From Octopus vulgaris (Eukaryota): a DNA stretch of 64,000 bases. Below are positions 26,028 through 39,505 of the stretch, in pieces. The stretch covers positions 115,816,001 through 115,880,000 of the forward strand of contig OX597814.1 in the NCBI GenBank assembly GCA_951406725.2. Direction: 5' to 3'. Position numbers and translations under genes: made by a program. The first letter of the stretch is position 1. Each line of letters begins with the position of its first letter. A model generated the notes under the pieces. The model did not search any database and had not been told where the DNA came from. It saw only the letters and a program-made list of their open reading frames with translations.

Positions 26028-26753
26028 AAATAGGCTTCACGCAGAAAAAATACTAGCACGTCAAGATACAGTTACGTACCGCATGTGTTAAGGGATTTTA
26101 AACCTTTATATACGAACACTTTTTGTTTTGTCAGAAATAGAAAGTCCGTCTGACAAAGAGAAAGAATAAAAAAACTGATTCTTGTGCCTAACTGTTTCTG
26201 TAACAGCTCCGAAATAGTAAAACACAAACGAGGGACATATTCATACGGCACAGAATGTTTTCACCTCAATAGACGTCATTGATTGGTTGAAATTGCAGAA
26301 ACTGAAGAAAAAAAAGAACCCAACAAATATCTTACAAACTATAGAATTTTCACAATAAAGCCAAGAGAAAACGATGTTTTATAAACACATTCTACAAGTA
26401 TACGAAGTTTAAGCGTTTAGTGACGTGGAAATTATAAAAAAAAAATTGCCGTTCAAACCGAAAAGATCCGCTTATTTTGCTATACACCATTTACAAATAT
26501 GATATGCATTTGTATCTTAATTGAAAATTATGAAGGCAGTTATTTCTCTTTAGATACTCAATGATGTAATGGAAAAGTGAGGTCGTAATCCGGGAAGGAA
26601 GTTTTTGGAATGGTTTGGCAACATCTTCAGCATTAAATTTGGCAATGCTGACATCACCTTCAGCCAGATAAGTCTACCTGATATTTTCACCACAAATTTG
26701 GCCAATAGGCTATAAATACAGTTAAAAAAAATTTTTTATTGTCCACCCCCATC

Positions 26754-29463
26754 AACCGAACCGAACCGAACCGAACCGAACCGAACCGAACCGAACCGAA
26801 CCGAACCGAACCGAACCGAACCGAACCGAACCGAACCGAACCGAACCGAACCGAACCGAACCGAACCGAACCGAACCGAACCGAACCGAACCGAACCGAA
26901 CCGAACCGAACCGAACCGAACCGAACCGAACCGAACCGAACCGAACCGAACCGAACCGAACCGAACCGAACCGAACCGAACCGAACCGAACCGAACCGAA
27001 CCGAACCGAACCGAACCGAACCGAACCGAACCGAACCGAACCGAACAGACGAACCGAACCGAACCGAACCGAACCGAACCGAACCGAACCGAACCGAACC
27101 GAACCGAACCGAACCGAACCGAACCGAACCGAACCGAACCGAACCGAACCGAACCGAACCGAACCGAACCGAACCGAACCGAACCGAACCGAACCGAACC
27201 GAACCGAACCGAACCGAACCGAACCGAACCGAACCGAACCGAACCGAACCGAACCGAACCGAACCGAACCGAACCGAACCGAACCGAACCGAACCGAACC
27301 GAACCGAACCGAACCGAACCGAACCGAACCGAACCGAACCGAACCGAACCGAACCGAACCGAACCGAACCGAACCGAACTGAACCGAACCGAACCGAACC
27401 GAACCGAACCGAACCGAACCGAACTGAACCGAACCGAACCGAACCGAACCGAACCGAACCGAACCGAACCGAACCGAACCGAACCGAACCGAACCGAACC
27501 GAACTGAACTGAACTGAACTGAACCGAACTGAACTGAACCGAACCGAACTGAACCGAACCGAACCGAACCGAACTGAACCGAACCGAACCGAACTGAACC
27601 GAACCGAACCGAACTGAACTGAACCGAACTGAACCGAACCGAACCGAACCGAACTGAACCGAACCGAACTGAACTGAACCGAACCGAACCGAACTGAACT
27701 GAACTGAACCGAACCGAACTGGAACCGAACCGAACCGAACCTGAACCGAACCTGAACCGAACCGAACCGAACCGAACCGAACCTGAACCTGAACCGAACC
27801 TGAACCGAACCGAACCGAACCGAACCGAACCGAACCGAACCGAACCGAACTGAACCGAACCGAACCGAACCGAACTGAACCGAACCGAACCGAACCGAAC
27901 CGAACTGAACCGAACTGAACTGAACCGAACCGAACCGAACCGAACTGAACCGAACCGAACCGAACCGAACCGAACCTGAACTGAACTGAACCGAACCGAA
28001 CCGAACCGAACCGAACCGAACCGAACCGAACCGAACCGAACCGAACCGAACCGAACCGAACCGAACCGAACCGAACCGAACCGAACCGAACCGAACCGAA
28101 CCGAACCGAACCGAACCGAACCGAACCGAACCGAACCGAACCGAACCGAACCGAACCGAACCGAACCGAACCGAACCGAACCGAACCGAACTGAACTGAA
28201 CCGAACCGAACCGAACCTGAACCGAACCGAACCGAACTGGAACCGAACCGAACCGAACCGAACCGAACCGAACCGAACCGAACCGAACCGAACCGAACCG
28301 AACCGAACTGAACCGAACCGAACCGAACCGAACCGAACTGAACTGAACCGAACCGAACCGAACCGAACCGAACCGAACCTGAACTGAACTGAACTGAACC
28401 GAACGAACCGAACCGAACTGAACTGAACCGAACCGAACCGAACCTGAACTGAACCGAACCGAACCGAACCGAACCGAACTGAACCGAACCGAACCGAACC
28501 GAACCGAACCGAACCTGAACCGAACCGAACCGAACCGAACCGAACCGAACCGAACCGAACTGAACCGAACTGAACGAACCGAACCGAACCGAACCTGAAC
28601 TGAACTGAACTGAACCGAACTGAACCGAACTGAACCTGGAACCGAACTGAACCGAACCGAACCGAACCGAACCGAACCGAACCGAACTGAACCGAACCGA
28701 ACTGAACCGAACCGAACTGAACCTGAACCGAACCGAACCGAACCGAACTGAACTGAACTGAACCGAACTGAACCGAACCGAACCGAACCGAACCGAACCG
28801 AACCGAACCGAACCGAACCGAACCGAACTGAACTGAACTGAACCGAACCGAACCGAACTGAACCGAACCGAACCGAACCGAACCGAACTGAACCGAACCG
28901 AACCGAACCGAACCGAACTGAACCGAACCGAACCGAACCGAACCGAACCGAACCGAACCGAACCGAACCGAACCGAACTGAACCTGAACCGAACCGAACC
29001 GAACCGAACTGAACCGAACCGAACCGAACCGAACCGAACCGAACCGAACTGAACTGAACTGAACCGAACCGAACCGAACCGAACCGAACCGAACCGAACC
29101 GAACCGAACCGAACCGAACTGAACCGAACCGAACCGAACCGAACCGAACCGAACCGAACCGAACTGAACCGAACCGAACCGAACCGAACCTGAACTGAAC
29201 CGAACCGAACTGAACCGAACCGAACCGAACCTGAACCGAACCGAACCGAACCGAACCGAACCGAACCGAACCGAACCGAACCGAACCGAACCGAACCGAA
29301 CCGAACCGAACTGAACTGAACCGAACCGAACTGAACTGAACCGAACCGAACCGAACCGAACTGAACCGAACCGAACTGAACTGAACCGAACCGAACTGAA
29401 CCGAACCGAACCGAACCGAACCGAACCGAACCGAACTGAACCGAACCGAACCGAACTGAACTG
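26754..29463. repeat. (GAACC)n pentamer array, 2.7 kb, with GAACT/GAACCT variants
   Basis: Seen directly. Confidence 0.98.
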
Positions 29464-29543
29464 AACCTAACCTAACCTAACCTAACCTAACCTAACCTAA
29501 CCTAACCTAACCTAACCTAACCTAACCTAACCTAACCTAACCT
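29464..29543. repeat. (AACCT)16 = (TTAGG)n tract
   Basis: Seen directly, as a perfect 80-bp run. Confidence 0.97.
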
Positions 29544-30774
29544 AGCCTCTTTTCCTTTTTCTCAACGATATCGAGGTCGGCAAGAAAGCCGATTTTTCGG
29601 TGCACATTAAGCTCTTGCATACTTCTCCCCCTCAGCTAAGCTAAGATAAGCTAAAACATTGTGCTGGCCGTCTTTTTCTTGTCCCCTCAACGAAACTAAG
29701 CTAAGCTAAGCTTAGCTAAGCTAAGCTAAAACATTGTGCTGGCCGTCTTTTTCTTGTCCCCTCAACGAAACTAAGCTAAGCTAAGCTAAAACATTGTGCT
29801 GGCCGTCTTTTTCTTGTCCCCTCAACGAAACTAAGCTAAGCTAAGCTAAAACATTGTGCTGGCCGTCTTTTTCTTGTCCCCTCAACGAAACTAAGCTAAG
29901 CTAAGCTAAAACATTGTGCTGGCCGTCTTTTTCTTGTCAACGAAACCCTCAACGAAACTAAGCTAAGCTAAGCTAAAACATTGTGCTGGCCGTCTTTTTC
30001 TTGTCCCCTCAACGAAACTAAGCTAAGCTAAGCTAAAACATTGTGCTGGCCGTCTTTTCTTGTCCCCTCAACGAAACTAAGCTAAGCTAAGCTAAAACAT
30101 TGTGCTGGCCGTCTTTTTGTTGTCCCCTCAACGAAACTAAGCTAAGCTAAGCTAAAACATTGTGCTGGCCGTCTTTTTCTTGTCCCCTCAACGAAACTAA
30201 GCTAAGCTAAGCTAAAACATTGTGCTGGCCGTCTTTTTCTTGTCCCCTCAACGAAACTAAGCTAAGCTAAGCTAAAACATTGTGCTGGCCGTCTTTTTCT
30301 TGTCCCCTCAACGAAACTAAGCTAAGCTAAGCTAAGCTAAAACATTGTGCTGGCCGTCTTTTTTCTTGTCCCCTCAACGAAACTAAGCTAAGCTAAGCTA
30401 AAACATTGTGCTGGCCGTCTTTTTCTTGTCCCCTCAACGAAACTAAGCTAAGCTAAGCTAAGCTAAAACATTGTGCTGGCCGTCTTTTTCTTTTTCCCCT
30501 CAACGAAACTAAGCTAAGCTAAGCTAAAACATTGTGCTGGCCGTCTTTTTCTTGTCCCCTCAACGAAACTAAGCTAAGCTAAGCTAAAACATTGTGCTGG
30601 CCGTCTTTTTCTTGTCCCCTCAACGAAACTAAGCTAAGCTAAGCTAAAACATTGTGCTGGCCGTCTTTTTCTTGTCCCCTCAACGAAACTAAGCTAAGCT
30701 AAGCTAAAACATTGTGCTGGCCGTCTTTTTCTTGTCCCCTCAACGAAACTAAGCTAAGCTAAGCTAAAACATTG

Positions 30775-30874
30775 NNNNNNNNNNNNNNNNNNNNNNNNNN
30801 NNNNNNNNNNNNNNNNNNNNNNNNNNNNNNNNNNNNNNNNNNNNNNNNNNNNNNNNNNNNNNNNNNNNNNNNNN
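30775..30874. other. Assembly gap (100 N)
   Basis: A run of exactly 100 N inside the satellite. Confidence 1.
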
Positions 30875-33800
30875 AACATTATGCTGGCCGTCTTTTCTTC
30901 TCCCCTCAACGAAACTAATCTAAGCTAAGCTAAGCTAAGCTAAAACATTATGCTGGCCGTCTTTTTCTTGTCCTCACCCTCAACAAGAAACTAAGCTAAA
31001 ACATTATGCTGGCCGTCTTTTTTTCTTCTCCCCTCAACGAAACTAAGCTAAGCTAAAACATTATGCTGGCCGTCTTTTTCTTCTCCCCTCAACGAAACTA
31101 AGCTAAAACATTATGCTGGCCGTCTTTTTCTTCTCCCCTCAACGAAACTAAGCTAAGCTAAGCTAAGCTAAAACATTATGCTGGCCGTCTTTTTCTTCTC
31201 CCCTCAACGAAACTAAGCTAAGCTAATCTAAGCTAAGCTAAAACATTATGCTGGCCGTCTTTTTCTTCTCCCCTAAACGAAACTAAGCTAAAACATTATG
31301 CTGGCCGTCTTTTTCTTCTCCCCTCAACGAAACTAAGCTAAGCTAAGCTAAGCTAAGCTAAAACATTATGCTGGCCGTCTTTTTCTTCTCCCCTCAACGA
31401 AACTAAGCTAAAACATTATGCTGGCCGTCTTTTTCTTCTCCCCTCAACGAAACTAAGCTAAAACATTATGCTGGCCGTCTTTTTCTTCTCCCCTCAACGA
31501 AACTAAGCTAAGCTAAACTAAGCTAAAACATTATGCTGGCCGTCTTTTTCTTCTCCCCTCAACGAAACTAAGCTAAGCTAATCTAAGCTAAGCTAAAACA
31601 TTATGCTGGCCGTCTTTTTCTTCTCCCCTCAACGAAACTAAGCTAAAACATTATGCTGGCCGTCTTTTTCTTCTCCCCTCAACGAAACTAAGCTAAGCTA
31701 ATCTAAGCTAAGCTAAAACATTATGCTGGCCGTCTTTTTCTTCTCCCCTCAACGAAACTAAGCTAAAACATTATGCTGGCCGTCTTTTTCTTCTCCCCTC
31801 AACGAAACTAAGCTAAGCTAAGCTAAGCTAAAACATTATGCTGGCCGTCTTTTTCTTCTCCCCTCAACGAAACTAAGCTAAGCTAATCTAAGCTAAGCTA
31901 AAACATTATGCTGGCCGTCTTTTTTTTCTCCCCTCAACGAAACTAAGCTAAAACATTATGCTGGCCGTCTTTTTCTTCTCCCCTCAACGAAACTAAGCTA
32001 AGCTAAGCTAAGCTAAGCTAAAACATTATGCTGGCCGTCTTTTTCTCCTCACCTCAACGAAACTAAGCTAAAACATTATGCTGGGTGTCTTTTTCTTCTC
32101 CCCTCAACGAAACTAAGCTAAGCTAAGCTAAGCTAAGCTAAAACATTATGCTGGCCGTCTTTTTCTTCTCCCCTCAACGAAACTAATCTAAGCTAATCTA
32201 AGCTAAGCTAAATCATTATGCTTGCCGTCTTTTTTTTCTCCCCTAAACGAAACTAAGCTAAAACATTATGCTAGCCGTCTTTTTCTTCTCCTCTCAACGA
32301 AACTAAGCTAAGCTAAGCTAAGCTAAAACATTATGCTGGCCGTCTTTTTTTCTTCTCCCCTCAACGAAACTAAGCTAAGCTAATCTAAGCTAAGCTAAAT
32401 CATTATGCTTGCCGTCTTTTTTTTCTCCCCTCAACGAAACTAAGCTAAAACATTATGCTAGCCGTCTTTTTCTTTACTCCAACGAAATGGCTAAGCTAAG
32501 CCGGCTAAGCTAAGCTAAAACATTATGCTGGCCGTCTTTTTCTTCTCCCCTCAACGAAACTAAGCTAAAACATTATGCTGGCTGTCTTTTTCTTCTCCCC
32601 TCAACGAAACTAAGCTAAGCTAAGCTAAAACATTATGCTGGCCGTCTTTTTCTTCTCCCCTCAACGAAACTAAGCTAAGCTAAGCTAAGCTAAGCTAAAA
32701 CATTATGCTGGCCGTCTTTTTTTTCTCCCCTCAACGAAACTAAGCTAAAACATTATGTTGGCCGTCTTTTTCTTCTCCCTCAACGAAATCCGCTAGTTGC
32801 TAAGCTACAAAATCTAAGCTTAAGCTAAAACATTATGCTGGCCGTCTTTTTCTTTCTCCCCCTAACGAAACTAAGCTTAAACATTATGCTGGCCGTCTTT
32901 TTCTTCTCCCTGAATGAAACTAAGCCAAGCTAAGCTAAGCTAAAACATTATGCTGGCCGTCTTTTCTTCTCCTCAATGAAACTAAGCTAAGCTAATCTGG
33001 GTTGCTTAAAACATTATGCTAAAACATTATGCTGGCCGTCTTTTTCTTCTCCCCTCAACGAAACTAAGCTAAAACATTATGCTGGCCGTCTTTTTCTTCT
33101 CCTCTCAACGAAACTAAGCTAAGCTAAGCTAAGCTAAAACATTATGCTGGCCGTCTTTTCTTCTCCCCTCAATGAAACTAAAAAGCTAAGCTAATCTAAA
33201 GCTACTTCAACATTATACTGGCAATATTATTTTCTCCCCTCAACGCTGGCCGTCTTTTCTTCTCCCTCAACGAAACTAAGCTAAGCTAAGCTAAGCTAAG
33301 CAAAAACATTTTGCTGGCTTAATCTTTTCTTCTCCCTCAACGAAACTAAGCTAAAACATTATGCTGGCCGTCTTTTTCTTCTCCCCTCAACGAAACTAAG
33401 AAACGAAACGAAGCTAAGCTAAGCTAAGCTAAGCCTAAGCTAGCTAAGCTAGCTAGCTAGCTAAGCTAGCTAAGCTAGCTAAGCTAGCTAAACTAGCTAG
33501 CTAGCTAATAGCTAACTAAGCTAATAAATAGCTAAGCTAAGTCTTTTTACTGGCTTCTCCCCTCAACGAAACTAAGCTAAGCTAAAACATTATGCTGGCC
33601 GTCTTTTTTCTTCTCCCCTCAACTAAGCTAAGCTAATCTAAGCTAAAGCTAAAACATTATGCTGGCCGTCTTTTTTCTTCTCCCCTCAACGAAACTAAGC
33701 TAAAACATTATGCTGGCGTCTTTTCTTCTCCTCAACAGAAGGCAGCTAAGCTAAGCTAAGCTAAGCTAAGCTAAGCTAAAACATTATGCTGGCCGTCTTT

Positions 33801-35609
33801 TTCTTCTCCCCTCAACGAAACTAAGCTAAGCTAAGCTAAGCTAAAACATTATGCTGGCCGTCTTTTTCTTCTCCCCTCAACGAAACTAAGCTAAAACATT
33901 ATGCTGGCCGTCTTTTTCTTCTCCCCTCAACGAAACTAAGCTAAGCTAAGCTAAGCTAAGCTAAAACATTATGCTGGCCGTCTTTTTCTTCTCCCCTCAA
34001 CGAAACTAAGCTAAGCTAATCTAAGCTAAGCTAAAACATTATGCTGGCCGTCTTTTTCTTCTCCCCTCAACCCGAAACTAAGCTAAAACTAAGCTAAAAC
34101 GCATTGCTGGCCGTCTTTTTCTTCTCCCCTCAACAAAACTAAGCTAAAACATTATGCTGGCCGTCTTTTTCTTCTCCCCTCAACGAAACTAAGCTAAGCT
34201 AAGCTAAGCTAAGCTAAACTAAGCTAACACATGCTGGCCGTCTTTTTCTTCTCCCCTCAACGAAACTAAGCTAAGCTAAGCTAAGCTAAGCTAAATCATT
34301 ATGCTGGCCGTCTTTTTCTTCTCCCCTCAACGAAACTAAGCTAAAACATTATGCTGGCCGTCTTTTTCTTCTCCCCTCAACGAAACTAAGCTAAGCTAAG
34401 CTAAGCTAAGCTAAAAAACATTATGCTGGCCGTCTTTTTCTTCTCCCCTCAACGAAAGCTAAGCTAAGCTAAGCTAAGCTAAGCTAAAACATTATGCTGG
34501 CCGTCTTTTTCTTCTCCCCTCAACGAAACTAAGCTAAAACATTATGCTGGCCGTCTTTTCTTCTCCCCTCAACGAAACTAAGCTAAGCTAAGCTAAGCTA
34601 AAACATTATGCTGGCCGTCTTTTTCTTCTCCCTCAACGAAACTAAGCTAAGCTAACCTAAGCTAAGCTAAAACATTATGCTGGCCTTCTTTTTCTTCTCC
34701 CCTCAACGAAACTAAGCTAAAACATTATGCTGGCCGTCTTTTTCTTCTCCCCTCAACGAAACTAAGCTAAGCTAATCTAAGCTAAAACATTATGCTGGCC
34801 GTCTTTTTCTTCTCCCTTCAACGAAACTAAGCTAAAACATTATGCTGGCCGTCTTTTTCTTCTCCCCTCATCGAAACTAAGCTAAGCTAAGCTAAGCTAA
34901 GCTAAAACATTATGCTGGCCGTCTTTTCTTCTCCCCTCAACGAAACTAAGCTAAGCTAATCTAAGCTAAGCTAAAACATTATGCTGGCCGTCTTTTTTTT
35001 TCTCCCCTCAACGAAACTAAGCTAAAACATTATGCTGGCCGTCTTTTTCTTCTCCCCTCAACGAAACTAAGCTAAGCTAATCTAAGCTAAGCTAAAACAT
35101 TATGCTGGCCGTCTTTTTCTTCTCCCCTCAACGAAACTAAGCTAAAACATTATGCTGGCCGTCTTTTTCTTCTCCCCTCAACGAAACTAAGCTAAGCTAA
35201 GCTAAGCTAAAACATTATGCTGGCCGTCTTTTTCTTCTCCCCTCAATGAAACTAAGCTAAGCTAATCTAAGCTAAGCTAAAACATTATGCTGGCCGTCTT
35301 ATTTTTCTCCCCTCAACGAAACTAAGCTAAAACATTATGCTGGCCGTCATTTCTTCTCCCCTCAACGAAACTAAGCTAAGCTAAGCAAAAACATTTTGCT
35401 GGCCGTCTTTTTCTTCTCCCCTCAACGAAACTAAGCTAAAACATTATGCTGGCCGTCTTTTTCTTCTCCCCTCAACGAAACATTAAGCTGCTGGCCGTCT
35501 TTTTCTTCTCCTAAGCAACGAAGCTAGCATTATGCTGGCCGTAAGCTTTTTCTTCTCCCCTCAACGAAACTGGCTAGCTGGCTGCCTGGCTAGCTGGCTA
35601 ACGGCTAAG

Positions 35610-36202
<593 letters not shown>

Positions 36203-37128
36203 CTCCCCTCAACGAAACTAAGCTAAGCCTGCTGGCCGTCTTTTTTCTTCTAAGCTAAGCTCAACTAAGTAAGCTAAGCTAGTAGCTAAACTAAGCTAAA
36301 ACATTATGCTGGCCGTCTTTTTCTTCTCCTCAACGAAACTAAGCTAAGCTAAGCTAAGCTAAGCTAAAACATTATGCTGGCCGTCTTTTTCTTCTCCCCT
36401 CAACGAAACTAAGCTAAAACATTATGCTGGCCGTCTTTTTCTTCTCCCCTCAACGAAACTAAGCTAAGCTAATCTAAGCTAAGCTAAAACATTATGCTGG
36501 CCGTCTTTTTCTTCTCACCTCAACGAAACTAAGCTAAAACATTATGCTGGGTGTCTTTTTCTTCTCCCCTCAACGAAACTAAGCTAAGCTAAGCTAAGCT
36601 AAGCTAAAACATTATGCTGGCCGTCTTTTCTTCTCCCCTCAACGAAACTAAGCTAAAACATTATGCTGGCCGTCTTTTTCTTCTCCCCTCAACGAAACTA
36701 AGCTAAAACATTATGCTGGCCGTCTTTTTCTTCTCCCCTCAACGAAACTAAGCTAAGCTAAGCTAAGCTAAAACATTATGCTGGCCGTCTTTTTCTTCTC
36801 CCCTCAACGAAACTAAGCTAAAACATTATGCTGGCCGTCTTTTTCTTCTCCCCTCAACGAAACTAAGCTAAGCTAAGCTAAGCTAAGCTAAAACATTATG
36901 CTGGCCGTCTTTTTCTTCTCCCCTCAACGAAACTAAGCTAAGCTAAACTAAGCTAAAAAAACATTGTGCTGGCCGTCTTTTTCTTCTCCCCTCAACGAAA
37001 CTAAGCTAAGCTAAGCTAATACATTAAAGAGGTGTTGGTCGTCTTTTTTTTTCACTTCACGAAACTAAGCTAACCTCTCCTGAGATGTTTGCCTTGTCAC
37101 CAAACTATCCTCTGCTGAGTTGTACACT

Positions 37129-37898
37129 TTACTGTGTACAATGTAACGTATTAAGTTTCCAGTAACCGGATCCTCTATTTTTAACCTTTTCTATATCAAC
37201 CTTACAAGTGACCATTTTATGATCACTGTAGCTGATGGGGTAAAACTGTGGACACTTAACTATTTTACTGTCTACTTTTCTAATTAGTATTCTATCTAAA
37301 TATAACCTGGATGATCCGTCGCTGTTTGAATATGTCCACAATGGAGCGTTCGGAAATTCCAGCCTATAAGGATCTGCTAGCTCAAAGCGGCTTAGCAGTT
37401 CCATGAAGCCACTGTTACCTTTTCTATCTGGACGCGAGCCAACACAATCTACATCCGCTTTGCAAATTGTGTTAAAGTCTCCTAGCACAACTAATGAATG
37501 CGAAGTACCAAGAAAGTTTTCTAGTTCACGAAAATAATCACTTTGCCCTGTATGGTTGGGTGCGTAAATTGCAACCAGTCTGATAACTTTACCATTACTG
37601 TACGTCAAATCCATGACGACTAGCCTACCTTCTGGATCTGCAAAAATTAACTTTTTCTCAGAAACCCGGTTTTTTTTATTAGGACCAACACCCCACTTCC
37701 GCCAGTAGGACTGCCAGGAGAGAAAAAACTCTCGTAGCCGTCAAACAGTGGGAGCAGACCTCTTGGCCCCTCTAACCGGGTTTCTGTAGCAACAATAACA
37801 TCTAAATTACGCGACCTGATATCATGCAGGAAGCGACCTTGCTTCCAGCCTGCTCCCAGGCCGCGCACTTTCAAACAACCAACATAAATGCAATCCAT
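37129..37898 (-). pseudogene. LINE ORF2 apurinic-like endonuclease domain (frameshifted, truncated)
   Basis: GCLKVRGL, ATETRL, AIYAPN, LGDFN, LDRIL, SDHKMV and GYWKLN motifs. The frameshift lies in an A-run near 37670. Confidence 0.88.
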
Positions 37899-37907
37899 TA
37901 CTTACCT

Positions 37908-39289
37908 TTATATCAGTGGTTCGGTTTTCTCTTGTTCTTCCAACTCTTTTTCTGGGCCTCGTGGGGGAGTCTGACGTAGGCCCTCGAATATATGTGGAGA
38001 TGTCACCTCCAATCTAAGTGGGCCTACGTCGTGGAAGAATTCGGATTTTATCCGCCCGTAATCCTTCCGGCCTATTCTGTAGATCACAAAGTCATTTTTC
38101 TTTTCCACTTTCTCCACCTTGGCCATAGCAGCCAACACGTTTCCTAGTCTGCTATTCGCTGCCTTTACGGCCATATATGAGTCCATTGTCTCTCTCTTCT
38201 TTTTTAAAATTATTCTGGGAGGGGTGGTATCCGTTTTTCTTTTTTTTTTTTCGGTAATTTTTTTCCACCCCTCCTCATTTATCTTTTCCTCGCTCTTGTT
38301 CTCCTCCGCCGCTGGTTCTGCTGTCACCGTCACCTCCACACCTTCGGTCTTCCCTTCTGGGCCGTCCGACGTTGCTTCTGGTGACACTTCTTTTTCTCTT
38401 GGCTTCGGTGCTTCCTGCGGTTTGGGTTTGGGTTGGCATTCCGCCCTTACATGACCCTTCTTGCCGCAGCCGAAGCACCTCGGCCTCCTGCCCTCCACGA
38501 AAACAGTTATTTTTTCCTCTTCGCTAATTTTTACTGTTTCTGGAATTTCTTCCAGTGTTTGTGTCTCCGCCTGAATGGCTATCACTATCTTTTGTCCTTT
38601 CCAGAACTCCTCTTCTTCCACTGTGGCCTGGAGGATGTTTATTTTTTCCTCCAGGCCTACCATCACTGCTGCCACCAGACATTCTGCATCTGCCTCTGGG
38701 GGAATGTTGTTCATTGTGATTTTTGATGTCCGCTTTCCTCTATATAATGGTAATAGAACGATGTTTTCTGCTTTGAAAGTCTCCATTGATAGTTTTTTCG
38801 CTATCTCTTCAGAGGTAAAATGCACCTCCACTGTGCCGTATCTTTTACCTCTGTTTATATATGTTATTTTGTCCATTATTGGTTTCAAACATAACTCTAT
38901 TTTTTTCTCCTCGATTTTCTGAATCATTTTTGTAGCTGTGTTGTACGTTTTGTAAATAATTCTTTTCCTCTCTATATCTTCATGTTTCTGTACGTCTGCG
39001 ACCACAGTCACTTCCGTGCCCTCTTTCTTTACACTGTCTGCGAATTTTTCTAGATTTTCAACGTTTATTGTTTTAATTTTTTTCCCAGCTACTTCAGCGA
39101 ATTTTTCGCTGGAGTTGATGCTGGTATTGATTTTTCTATTTTTTTGGGCAACGCCGCCTCCTTTCTCTTCGGCGATAACGCCTCTTTTTTTCTTGGCGAC
39201 AACGCCTCTTTTTTTCCTGATGTCAACGCCGGGTATTCGTCCTCGCTCGTCACGGGCGAATAGGAGATGGGGGACTCCATCTTAAACAA
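37908..39289 (-). CDS. LINE ORF1 (gag-like, CFGCGKKGHVRAEC knuckle); probable frameshift near 39080
   Basis: ORFs 39089-39289 and 37908-39011, with RGKRYGTVEVHF and VEGRRPRC. Confidence 0.8.
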
Positions 39290-39505
39290 ATGGCTTTAAC
39301 AAGCCTTTGGAGATTCCAAAATAATTGTAGTTTTCCCCCACGGAGGGGGGAACACCAACGCGAAGTCCTCGCGCGAAGGCTGACTTCTTCAGTTAAACAA
39401 CAGTAAACAAACAGGTATACAGACAATATAGAAAAACAGAGATAATACTATGAGAGCAAAATATATAACTTACTAACAGACGCAAAAATTGATTTCAGAC
39501 ATGTG

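Larger units (their letters stand above)
23993..26667 (+). pseudogene. Truncated patatin-like gene, copy 1 (exons 23993-24163, 25397-25544, broken exon 26554-26667)
   Basis: Exon 3 has a 17-bp deletion, TTA>TGA and a donor GT>AT change. No downstream exons occur before the repeat block. Confidence 0.85.
20737..26750. repeat. Segmental duplication copy 1 (partner begins at 47100)
   Basis: Near-identical to 47100-~52225 up to ~25870, then rearranged and more diverged relative to 53060-54390. Confidence 0.95.
37080..39490 (-). mobile_element. Tx1/L1-clade LINE: 5' UTR, ORF1 and APE endonuclease; 3'-truncated
   Basis: ORF1 carries a CCHC knuckle. ORF2 starts 10 bp after the ORF1 stop, has APE motifs and breaks off after YWKLN. 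Confidence 0.9.

Noticed and set aside
26739-27512. 257-aa NRTEP-repeat ORF
   Set aside because: It is a translation of (GAACC)n.
29464-29543. True telomere, or evidence of an arthropod source
   Set aside because: It is only 80 bp and interstitial, embedded among related pentamer repeats.
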